This document shows positions 8,690-20,400 of a stretch of 64,000 nucleotides of DNA, piece after piece. Position 1 is the stretch's first letter. Every line of letters starts with the position of its first letter. The notes under the pieces are model-generated. The model was not told the DNA's origin, did not search any database, and was given only the letters and a program-made list of their open reading frames with translations. Position numbers and translations under genes: made by a program. Origin of the DNA: an uncultured Clostridia bacterium (lineage in GTDB: Bacteria > Bacillota > Clostridia > JAAYHZ01); the NCBI GenBank assembly GCA_937894465.1, contig CALCRE010000047.1, positions 2,208 through 66,207 of the forward strand, given 5' to 3'.

Positions 8690-11098
8690 GTGTTCCCCGC
8701 GCATGCGGGGGTGATCCTTGCTTTTCCTCCGAAAACCAGGATCCATTAGTGTGTTCCCCGCGCATGCGGGGGTGATCCTATCATAAGTTACGTACTTTTG
8801 CAAGCATGTTTGTGTTCCCCGCGCATGCGGGGGTGATCCTATTGTGATCCCGAATGGCAAGCTGATGCTTTAGTGTTCCCCGCGCATGCGGGGGTGATCC
8901 TAAAAGGTGACCTACTTCATGGGCAATCGTAAAGTGTTCCCCGCGCATGCGGGGGTGATCCTAGCCGATTGAAATTACATTACGGCATTATCAAGTGTTC
9001 CCCGCGCATGCGGGGGTGATCCTGTGTCGGTGTTCGGTGTCTTGGATCTTGACCAGTGTTCCCCGCGCATGCGGGGGTGATCCTAAAGCATCCAAAGCTT
9101 CCGGCAAAGCATCTACGTGTTCCCCGCGCATGCGGGGGTGATCCTTTCTGACCGACAATTGGAAACTATTAGAAGCAGTGTTCCCCGCGCATGCGGGGGT
9201 GATCCTTACTGAAGAAATAATATTACATTTGTGTTACAGTGTTCCCCGCGCATGCGGGGGTGATCCTGCAGACATTGATTGATCGGCATGGAGGTAACTG
9301 TGTTCCCCGCGCATGCGGGGGTGATCCCTTTTTCTTTAGCCCAAAGTTTCACAACATCTTGTGTTCCCCGCGCATGCGGGGGTGATCCTTATCTTCGGGT
9401 TCCCCGTATGAATCTCTGCCGGTGTTCCCCGCGCATGCGGGGGTGATCCTGAATGACGTTTTTCAGAAGAAGAACAACGAGGGTGTTCCCCGCGCATGCG
9501 GGGGTGATCCTGAATGACGTTTTTCAGAAGAAGAACAACGAGGGTGTTCCCCGCGCATGCGGGGGTGATCCTTGGTCGTACTGGATCTGGTAAAACATAC
9601 GGAGGTGTTCCCCGCGCATGCGGGGGTGATCCTTAATGACAACGGATGGAAAGTTTTAAAACTTGTTGTTCCCCGCGCATGCGGGGGTGATCCGTATCCG
9701 GATATGCCGTTTGTTACGGCAATAATGTGTTCCCCGCGCATGCGGGGGTGATCCTTTGGATTAGACTATGAAAAAAGTGTCATAGAGGTGTTCCCCGCGC
9801 ATGCGGGGGTGATCCTGATGGAAAAGGATAAAAACACGTTAGACGAAAGTGTTCCCCGCGCATGCGGGGGTGATCCTGTTGGCATTCTGTGCAATCAAAT
9901 GGTGATCTGGTGTTCCCCGCGCATGCGGGGGTGATCCTACTACGACACAGATCACTTAGAAAAGGTTAAAGTGTTCCCCGCGCATGCGGGGGTGATCCTC
10001 GTCCCGGATCAGTTTGTAAGCCCCTAAATACGTGTTCCCCGCGCATGCGGGGGTGATCCTACTTTACAGTGAAATTTGCTGTTATAACGATAGTGTTCCC
10101 CGCGCATGCGGGGGTGATCCCAAATAAGTTGGTTTTTTTGTATCTCGTCCACAAGTGTTCCCCGCGCATGCGGGGGTGATCCTAACCCGAATATCAACTG
10201 AAACCAAGAAATACCGTGTTCCCCGCGCATGCGGGGGTGATCCTAAATCTTAACGGAGGTAATTTAACATGACGTAGTGTTCCCCGCGCATGCGGGGGTG
10301 ATCCCCATGCTCTGTTTTGGTAGTTTTCGCATGTTTCGTGTTCCCCGCGCATGCGGGGGTGATCCTGGTACCGATCATCATAACAGAAAAACAAAGACGT
10401 GTTCCCCGCGCATGCGGGGGTGATCCTTGAAATAGATTCTTTCCTTTTTTTTCTTCAAGTGTTCCCCGCGCATGCGGGGGTGATCCCAAAACATACAGAG
10501 GTATTATACAGATTTTGATGTGTTCCCCGCGCATGCGGGGGTGATCCTAGTTGCCTAACGTGATCTCATTCCTCGGTATAGTGTTCCCCGCGCATGCGGG
10601 GGTGATCCTATATCTTCATCAAGTGCGTTTGCATCACCTGTGTGTTCCCCGCGCATGCGGGGGTGATCCGTACAGCCCAAGAGAAATCGGATCCGAAAAG
10701 GCGTGTTCCCCGCGCATGCGGGGGTGATCCTAATGGGTATTTATAAAGGTAATGTAAGATTAAGTGTTCCCCGCGCATGCGGGGGTGATCCTACGGTTAG
10801 CCGGTCCGATAAAACCGGCGTTAGGTGTTCCCCGCGCATGCGGGGGTGATCCTAAACCCCTACTAACGGTTTAGCAATGCGTTATGTGTTCCCCGCGCAT
10901 GCGGGGGTGATCCTTAACCGGTTGCAAGGGCAGTTGGTTAGTGCATGTGTTCCCCGCGCATGCGGGGGTGATCCCTCGGGAGCATACAATCTTATATTTT
11001 CCAGAAGGGTGTTCCCCACTCATGCGGGGGTGATCCTGTCTGTATTATGTAGTGAGTAGGCATCCCCGTGTGTTCCCCGCGCATGCGGGGGTGATCCC
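8690..11098 (+). CRISPR. Type I-E CRISPR array: 40 repeats of 29 bp (GTGTTCCCCGCGCATGCGGGGGTGATCCT) and 39 spacers of 31-33 bp
   Basis: Repeats were read directly at a 61-bp period from 8690 to the last repeat at 11070-11098. The repeat is palindromic (CCCCGCGC/GCGGGGG) and ends GTGATCC, like firmicute I-E repeats. Read 5'->3' on the + strand it begins with the canonical I-E GTGTTCCCCGCGC head. The minus-strand ORFs the track lists across this region are artefacts. Confidence 0.97.
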
Positions 11099-11352
11099 TC
11101 CTGCAGCTCCAACCGTAAAGTAAAGAGTAAGCTTGCAAAACGAGGACTTCCAACGGAGGTTTTAAAAGTTATGCCTGAAAGAAGGTATCAGGTGACATCG
11201 TTATATGCTAAGTATCTTACCTGCGAAAGATGAAAAGAAAATTCGATAAATTCTGCATTTTTTCAGATACAATTGTTAATATATCACATACAAACAGAAA
11301 TAGTATCGAAATAATAAATTAGACTATTCAAGCAGATTGAAGCTGATAATTA

Positions 11353-11382
11353 TTGACTTATGTTTTAACCTAATAGTATGAT
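11353..11382 (+). promoter_or_regulatory. Candidate sigma-A promoter (TTGACT-18 nt-TATGAT) for the giant surface-protein gene
   Basis: Hexamers read in the AT-rich gap 120 bp upstream of the GTG/ATG start at 11500-11506. A GGGGGG ribosome-binding site lies 9 nt before the start. Confidence 0.35.
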
Positions 11383-11499
11383 ATGGATAGATATTTTATG
11401 GTCAAAAAAATTGTATACATAAAAAGTGAAGGCCAAAAGGACTAAAAGGATAATTATCTATATAGATAAATAAAAAAATAAAAATGGGGGGTACATATT

Positions 11500-14400
11500 G
11501 TGAAGATGTTAAAGAAAATCACAAGTATCATTCTAGCCTCTGTTATGTGTTTCACAAGTATGTCTGATCAACTGTTGGGTTTTACTGTAACTTCAACTGT
11601 ATATGCAGAAGGAAGTTCGGCAACGGTTAATATCTGTTACGACAACTTCGCCGATACAACGAATTTACAAGTAAACGGCGATATGATTGAAAATAATATC
11701 TTACGCTTTGTAAATGAAGGAGTCCCTGAAAGTATATTTACAAAAGATGCGATTGTTTTAGGTGAGAACCTTTCTTTTAGTACGGCTTTTTCTTTCAAAA
11801 ACCTCTCGCCTTCAGAACCCGCTCCGCAAACAAAGGGCGGTTTTATCTTCACACTGCAACCGATTGGAAACTTCGTTACGACGGATGATTTTCAACATAA
11901 TAATATTTCACCTGCAATTAGTATAGCTTTCGAATTTGAATATATTGATGCTTTTATACCTACAGCATTTAGTCCGTCAGTAAAATTAGAGAGCTCTTCT
12001 AGCACTGACTTTTTGATAGCCCAAGAAGCCCCCCCGAAACTTTGCAGTATCAATATGGTTACATATATCAACGGTGACTATGCTAACCCTATATCCCGGC
12101 ACCCTTTGACGACATATTATGTAACCGCTGAGATTGCTGAATATGATCATGTATGGATCGGATATGACGGTGTCAATAAGGAGCTTGAGATTTTGTATGT
12201 TGACCCTTCCGGTAAATATACACATATTACGGAACCGTTGGATCTTGTTTTACCAAATGAAGTGTATGCAGGTTTTATGGGTTCTTTCGGAAATGCCGGA
12301 AACACAAATACGATCAACAGCTGGTATTTTAAAGATGACTTGTCCATTATGGATCAAGGTATAGTGGATGCCGACATGGCTTTTCTAAATCTTGAGATGG
12401 AACAACTTGAAGTTGATTCTATTGATAATTATACATTTCCTCTTTGCGGGCATTTCGGGAGCACCATCAGTTGGACATCAAGCAATATGGGTGTGGTGGC
12501 AACAGACGGGACTGTAAATCCTCCCTCAATTGGGGAAGGGAATAAAACAGTGATACTAACTGCGGCATTATCGAAGGGGTTACAGGTACGGACGACAAGA
12601 CCGTTTATGATAACAGTCAGAGTACCGGATGTTGTAATTGTCAATGCAGATTTTGAATGGTTAACCGATTTCATTATAAAGAAGAATAACGACGATTTAA
12701 ATCATGTTGTTTCAAACTTGAACCTTCCTACCTTAGGTAATTTCGGAAGCGTGATCAGTTGGGAGTCTAATGATACGGTCATATTAAATTGGGATGGAAC
12801 GGTAAATAGACCTGCTTATAACGAAGTTGATAAGACGGTTACCCTTACTGCTCATATAACAATGAATTATTATACATTAGATAAGACATTCACTGTTACG
12901 GTAAAAGCTATAGAACCAACTGATGAAGAAAAATTGAATGCTGATGCTTCCTGGTTGAATTTATATATGTTGAATGAGGATTTAAGTGATGTAACTTCAG
13001 ATTTAACTCTTCCGGATACAGGTCCTTCCGGAAGTACCATCAGCTGGGCATCTAATAATACGACAGTCTTGAATGCTGACGGGACTGTAGCAAGACCTGC
13101 ATACACAGCAGGGAATGTTGTGGTTACACTGACAGCAACAATCAGCAAGGGTGTAGAAACTACTGATCTCGTATTTACTGTAACAGTCATAAAGCAAGCT
13201 CAAACTGATGTAGAAGCAGTATCTGCTGATGCCGCATTACTAACAGATGCTGTGATCTTAAATGGAAATAGCGCACTGAACAATGTTATGGGTCATTTAA
13301 CTTTACCTACTCTTGGTGCAAACGGGAGTACCATCAGCTGGACCTCCAATAATACAACAGTTTTGAATACAGACGGGACTGTGACAAGACCTGCATACAC
13401 AGCAGGGAATGTTGTGGTTACACTGACAGCAACAATCAGCAAGGGTGTAGAAACTACTGATCTCGTATTTACTGTAACAGTCATAAAGCAAGCTCAAACT
13501 GATGTAGAAGCAGTATCTGCTGATGCCGCATTACTAACAGATGCTGTGATCTTAAATGGAAATAGCGCACTGAACAATGTTATGGGTCATTTAACTTTAC
13601 CTACTCTTGGTGCAAACGGGAGTACCATCAGCTGGACCTCCAATAATACAACAGTTTTGAATACAGACGGGACTGTAGCAAGACCTGCATACGCGGCAGG
13701 GAATGATGTGGTTTCACTGACAGCAACAATCAGCAAGGGTGTAGAAACTACTGATATCGTATTTACTGTAACAGTCATAAAGCAAGCTCAAACAGATGCC
13801 GAAGCGGTATCTGCTGATGCGACATTGTTAACAGATAATGTGATCTTAAATGGAAATAGCGCACTGAACAATGTTACAGGTAATTTAAGCTTACCTACTC
13901 TTGGTGCAAACGGAAGTACGATCAGTTGGGCATCGAATAATACGACAGTTTTAAATGCTGACGGGACTGTAACAAGACCTACATACACAGCAGGAAATAT
14001 TGTTGTTACACTGACAGCAACCGTCAGCAAGGGTACAGAAACTACTGATGTTGTGTTTACTGTAACAGTCATAAAGCAAACACAAACCGATGCAGAAGCA
14101 GTATCTGCCGATGCGACATTGCTGACAGATGACGTAATCTTAAATGGAAATAGCGCACTGAACAATGTTGTGAATAATTTAAGCTTACCTACTCTTGGTG
14201 CAAACGGAAGCACCATCAGCTGGGCATCTGACAATACGACAGTCTTGAATGCTGGCGGGATTGTAACCAGGCCTGCATACACAGCAGGGAATGTTGTTGT
14301 TACGCTGACAGCAACGGTTAGCAAGGGAGTAGAAACTACTGATGTTGTGTTTACTGTAACGGTTATAAAACATGAACAAACAGATGCAGAAGCGGTATCT

Positions 14401-17400
14401 GCTGATGCCGCATTGCTAACAGATGATGTGATTTTAAATGAAAATAGCGCACTGGATAATGTTACGGGAAATTTAATCCTCCCTGTTCTTGGTGCAAACG
14501 GGAGCACCATCAGTTGGGAATCCAATAATACGACATTCTTGAGTAATGACGGGACTGTGATTAGACCTTCCTATACTGCAGGTAGCAAGACCGTTGTTAT
14601 TACCGCTACCATTAAAAAGGGAGTTGTTACTCAAACAAAATCTTTTGGATTGACGATAAAAGCTTCGGATATTACCGATGAAGAACGTGTATCATTAGAT
14701 TATGCATGGTTAACCAAATACAATGTATTAGAGCTCAATCCTTCGATAAATTCTGTAGAGTGGAATCTTTCATTCCCTGTAGCCGGTCCGAACAATTCTG
14801 TTATTACTTGGGAGTCAGATATGCTTTCGGTTATTACTAATGACGGTACCGTCATTCGACCGGAATATGGGCAGGGGCATAAATCGGTCAATGTCACAGC
14901 AACTGTAACAAAAGGGATTTTTCAACGAAAAGCACACTACATCTATGTGGTTTTACAAAAACCTGATCTGGAAGCTCCTATGGTGGTAAGCTCACTACCT
15001 TTTAATAACGGAAGAGCACTCTATGATACAAAGGAAATCACATTGGTATTCAATGAAAACATTATTTTAGGGCCTGCTGCTTTGAGTAATCCGAATACAT
15101 ATGGAATAAAGCTTCAAGGAACCGATACTGTTTTGTTCCGTGCAGCTATAGAGAATGAAAACAAGCTTATTGTATCAACAACTTCCGGTTTAAGTGCAGG
15201 GGAATACAAGCTAATCATTCCGGCGGGTACTTTTGTTGACAAAGCCGGTAATCAGACAAAAGCTTATGAATTAATCTTTATGGTTTCCCCGAAACCGGGA
15301 AAATTAACGGTTGTCTCCTCAACACCGAAAGACCTTGAAGTGGATGTAGATGTGAATATAAGAGAAATCCTCATTCAATTTGATTCCACTAATCTTGTAC
15401 GAAATACTAGCTCCATTCCAATATTTTTAAGGGAGAAAACAACTAAGATTAGTCGCTCAAGCTCTTTTTCAGTCACAGGGGATACGGTCACTTTGAGGAT
15501 ACCGGCACCTCTTTCTTCAGGATTGGTATATGAAATAGTCATACCCGGGGGGATTGTCAAAGATTCGAATAACAACATCAATGAAGAAAAAATCATTCAG
15601 TTTAGGACGAAGTATTCCGGAGCAAAGCCGGTGCTTGTGAAAACCAAACCTGTGAACGGGCAAATGAATGTTAGTTTAAATGATGTTAGTATTGAATTAG
15701 AGTTCTCGCAGAATATTGATTTTTTGACTCTGACGAATTATATAACTTACCTTGTGGATGACCAAGGAAATAAGTACAATTTTATGCCGTATAAAATTGG
15801 AGGAAGCTCAAAAAGGTGGAAGCTAACAACTCCCCACTTAAGTCATTATAAACAGGGTACAACATACACTTTAGTGGGTCCTTACGGTACTTTGGAAAAC
15901 CCGGATTTATTGGAATTCAATGTTCAATTTACAACAGCTTCAAATCGAATGCAGGTAGTTAACAAGTCTCCGAAGTCTTGGTTAGGAAATCCTTTGGATC
16001 AAAAAGTAGAAATTGAATATAACTATCCTGTGGAAATCGGTCCGACCTATTGGGACGTCACTTTCAAGGATTCAAAAGGAAATCCCGTTGACTTTATTAG
16101 GGAAGAGATCGGGAAAAAGGTAACTTTCACACCCATCTCATTACTATCACCGTCTGAAACCTATACGGTAACCATTCCTGAAGGCGCATATAAAGGAGAA
16201 AGTGGATATATAAACGACGGGATTCAGTTTGATTTCCGAACCGTCCAAAAGTTTGATATTAGTATCAATAACCTGATCATTCCGGATCAGGGGTTTGTTG
16301 ATAAGATCCTTTTATTCGATGCAGCTGAAGCTGGAAACATTGCCAGAAGAGCAGGGTCAAATGTCTCATCTTATGAGTGGAACATTGACGGGAAAGTAAT
16401 CGGAAATCAAAAATATGTGTATTATACATTCATTTCTCCGGGTATTCATAAGCTGACCCTTACCATCATCGATGACAAGAACATTCCTTATGTTTTCGAA
16501 AAAGACATCACTGTGAACCACTTGACTGATATAAGGATGACTTTAAAAGACAATGGTTATTCTCCCCGCGGTGTATTTTTAGCGGATCAAAATTCTAAGG
16601 GTATTGTATATAAACTTCAATTGACACAAGAAGGCAAAACCGTTTATGGTGAGAAAATTGATGTGGAACTATACTATAAAGGTGTGTTACAGCGACGATA
16701 CAACAAAATCACATCAAAATTTGGAGATGACACGTATCTATTTGAATTTAAACCGGAATTCGGAGCTTTTGGCAACTATGAGTTGGTGTTTACCTATCAA
16801 GGTGTCGGATATAAAGAGGTGATTCGAGAACCTGTGGTTGTTTCATCTTCCCAGGCTACCATGACTCAAGTATTCTCGTTTCGATTGAGAGACATTTTTG
16901 CATGGAATAGTCCTGAATATTTTGAGGAAGCTCAAAACCTTCAGGTGATCATCAATGGAGAAAAGATGCTTGCATATAAAAAGTGGGATTCTCAGCGTGG
17001 ATATTATGTCTATCAAATCAACAAGATGATGTTGGCAAATACCTACTATCAAATGGAAATTCCTTCTTTTAAGATTGATCGTTGGATTAAGTCTATTTAT
17101 GTCGGAAAAGAAGGATCGGATCCTACCGTTATATCCGGATGGCCTTTAAGACCCGGAGGTATTCAAGAAATCAGTGTTAATTACGATGAAAGCTCTGTGC
17201 TTTATCCTTTCACCGAATTCTATTTTGAAGGTGTATCCGCAAAGCTGGTATTTGATGTGGAAGCAGATTGGAAAGAGGCAGAACCCGGATACTATGAAAT
17301 CAAGTCAATGAATGATCGGTTCAATATAAAAGTTCGCTCTAACGGAAGCGGTGTTCAGAAGATTGTTCTTGATCCGGGATTGGAGTTGAAACCGGGAGAA

Positions 17401-20400
17401 AATTTGGTCATTCGAATGGTATCCAAGCAAGGTGCGGCATCCGGTTGGATATACTGCCCCTATTTCGTTGTAGTTCCTCAGCCTGAGATTTTAGGGCAAA
17501 AGCTGTCCATATCCCTTCAAAGTGGGGAATACGCAGTAAACTGGCCTAACGAGTTTACCGGTGCTTTAGGTAGTAAAATAAGTATGTTTGACGGTGTTCC
17601 GGTTTTGGATGGCGGGAACTTCGGCATTGGCGGCGGTATGCCTACATTCGAGGGTGATCTCGAAGGTGATTGGGCGAATCCCGAAATTAACCTTTCTTTT
17701 GGGGCTAGCGGAGGATATGGAGAAAAGAGTAAAAAGAAAGCAGATACTAAATACAAAAAGGTGAAGAAAGTCACCACGGTAGGTTATGAATTTAGCATTG
17801 AGATTGAAGGTGCATTCACCCTTACATATGATTCACAGAGTAAAGAATGGGATATGTATGGATTCTATATTATGTTGATCGGTGACTTTATCAAAGAGTG
17901 GTCCAAAGGATACGACATGATGGGTGTGGGATTCTCCGCAGGAGTTGGTGTCGGAGGTGAAGTCGCCGGAGGATTGAAGGTGGATATGGCAACCGACGAC
18001 ACCCAATACAGCGGATTTATAAGGATCACACCACGTGCTTTTCTCAGGGTATCGGGAGACTTTTTGGTGGCTTCTGTGAATGGGTATTTGAATGGTTGGA
18101 TTCCGGTTGAAGTACACTTTCCCACCGGATATATCGGTGCAGACATCCAAATCAGTGCTAAAATTCACGCAAAAGCACTATTATGGTCGAAGACAATCTA
18201 TGAAAAGAATCTGCTATCAGAGCATTGGGATAATGGAAAGCCCCAGGTTGTTATCAAGTCTTTAAAGAACTTTAAAATGTTTGAAGACCCTGATACTTTC
18301 CAATTGATGTCTAGGGACTATATCAACAGGCAATCCGTTTGGGCAGCACAGGATAGCGGTTTGGTCAGTGTTATGGCTGTTGGATTTAATGAAAACCCGG
18401 ATACTGAACTAATGATGGAAAACATGTATCCTGATGCTGAACTTATGATGGTAGAAAACCAAGATGAGTTATGGCTTGTATGGACAGATGACAATGCCGA
18501 AAGGGATGATGCAAATCGAACTCAATTACGTTTTGCAGTTCAAAGCAACGGCACATGGAGTAAGCCTGTGTGGATCCACGATGACAAAACAGCTGATTTT
18601 GCTCCCGTTGCAGCAAGTACTGGAAACGGTGTGCTCATGGCATGGCAAAACATCGGGAAACACATTACCGAAGAAGATGGCTTATCCGAAATGTTGAAAA
18701 ACTCCGAAATCAGTGTCACTCAAACCGGTTATACATCCACCGGGGTGGCACCGAATATTATCACACTGACAAGTGATGATGCTGTGGATCACTCTCCCCA
18801 TATTGCAGCACATGGTGATCAGGCATTGCTGGTTTGGACGAAATCAACCGGATTAACCACCGTATTGAATGCAGGAGAAGACCAGCCCGGAAAAGATGAT
18901 CATCGTTTATACTATTCTGCTTGGAACAACGGTGTCTGGAGTACCCCGGAAGCCATTTCAAGTGTGTCCGAAACTGTAATGGATGCTCATTTGGTTATGG
19001 AAGGGGAAACCGGCTTGCTGCTATATACATTAGATATGGATCAGGATCTGTATACCACAGAAGACAGAGAAGTTTTTGTAAGACTTTATGAGAGAAATGC
19101 TTGGAGTGATGCAATTCGGCTCTCAAATAATTCTTATCATGATTGTGCTCCGAAAGCTGTGTTTGTAGAAAGCAATTGGTTCATTACGTGGTTACAAGAA
19201 GGAAACATCCTGTACAGATACGGTTTAGACGGAGATATAAAAGATGAAGAACGATTGCAAAATATTCAAGGGGATTATCAAATTGCTGTTGTTCCGGGTG
19301 AAAAGCCCCTGGTTTCTTTAGTTCATATCAAGCCCGGTGAGGATATGACAACCGGTGCTCATGCTTTCTTCTATGACTTAACATTAGAACAATGGGGTAA
19401 TTCCGTTGCATTGTCGGATTTAGAAAACCATGTGAAAGCGATCAGTTTGGTTTCTACCCAAGATGGAAATATAAATGTTGCATATACCCAAGCTGACATC
19501 ATCACAGAGGCAAATCCTATAGTGATTGAAGGTGTGAAGCAATTTGTGGAAACCCCTGCAATCGGAAATCAGACGGATATGAAGTTGTTGACATATACAC
19601 CGGTTCATGATGTAGCCCTTTCTAAAGAAGATGGAATATTGCTCTCCACGGAATTCCCGTTGCCTGAAATTTTAACTTCTGTTTATGTAACTGTGCAAAA
19701 CCAAGGAGATTATGCAGAGTACGTGAAAGTACGAATTTATGACGGGGATCCTAACGAACAAGGAGTACTCATCGGTGAAACTCCCATGCAGTTACTCCCT
19801 GCACATACATCGAAAGAGTTGGAGATCCCTTGGCTGGTAGACACCGAAGAAAAAGCCACTTATCACTTGTACGCAACAATAGAGCCTCAATTCGGTGTGC
19901 AGGAGATCAATGTTGGGAACAACACCATTGATTTGGCATTTTCTACTGCAGATATTGCAATTACCGATTTGATATATGAAAACATGGTGGCGGATGAATA
20001 TGTAGTGACAGTTACTGTAACTAATACCGGAGGAAAAACCTTGGATGGTGCAACGGTGAATTTAGAAAGTGATGTTGATGGAACCGTTTTAGAGACTAAA
20101 TCACTTGGGGTTCTCGCACCCGGACAGCGGACTGTTGTAACTTATATGATTTCATCAGAAGGTTTGCCCCTAGGAACAGATGGAAAAGTCAACCTACTTG
20201 TTCGTGTCAACCCATCGGAGGGTATCACAGAGGATTTCACAGAGAACAATATGAGAAGGTTTTCACTGAAACCTACAGCAATTACCGTTACAGGAGTAAG
20301 CCCCGGGCCGAAAGACAAAAATGTTGCATTGACAAGTAACATAACACTATCATTTAACATGAATGTTTCCGAAGGCACCGGGTATGACCGCATCCGGTTA

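Noticed and set aside
8669-10534. Minus-strand ORFs listed in the track at 8669-8860, 9463-9741, 10024-10230, 10194-10394 and 10250-10534, with repetitive GSPPHARGT / HPRMRGEH peptides
   Set aside because: They are translations of the CRISPR repeat on the reverse strand. Their periodic identical peptides are an array artefact, not genes.
10877-11059. Plus-strand 60-aa ORF inside the array
   Set aside because: Same artefact. Its repeated FPAHAGVIL is the repeat translated.
11099-11499. AT-rich 400-bp region after the array as the CRISPR leader, with the array transcribed on the minus strand
   Set aside because: Degenerate and variant repeats sit at this end, which is the trailer signature. 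The repeat reads in canonical I-E orientation on the + strand. The region is better explained as the promoter of the giant surface-protein gene. It cannot be fully excluded without transcript data.
12870-14525. Minus-strand ORFs such as 13788-14525 (245 aa) and several 63-106-aa ORFs antisense to the surface-protein gene
   Set aside because: They lie antisense within the 294-bp tandem-repeat region of a clearly coding + strand gene. Their mutual similarity just mirrors the repeats.
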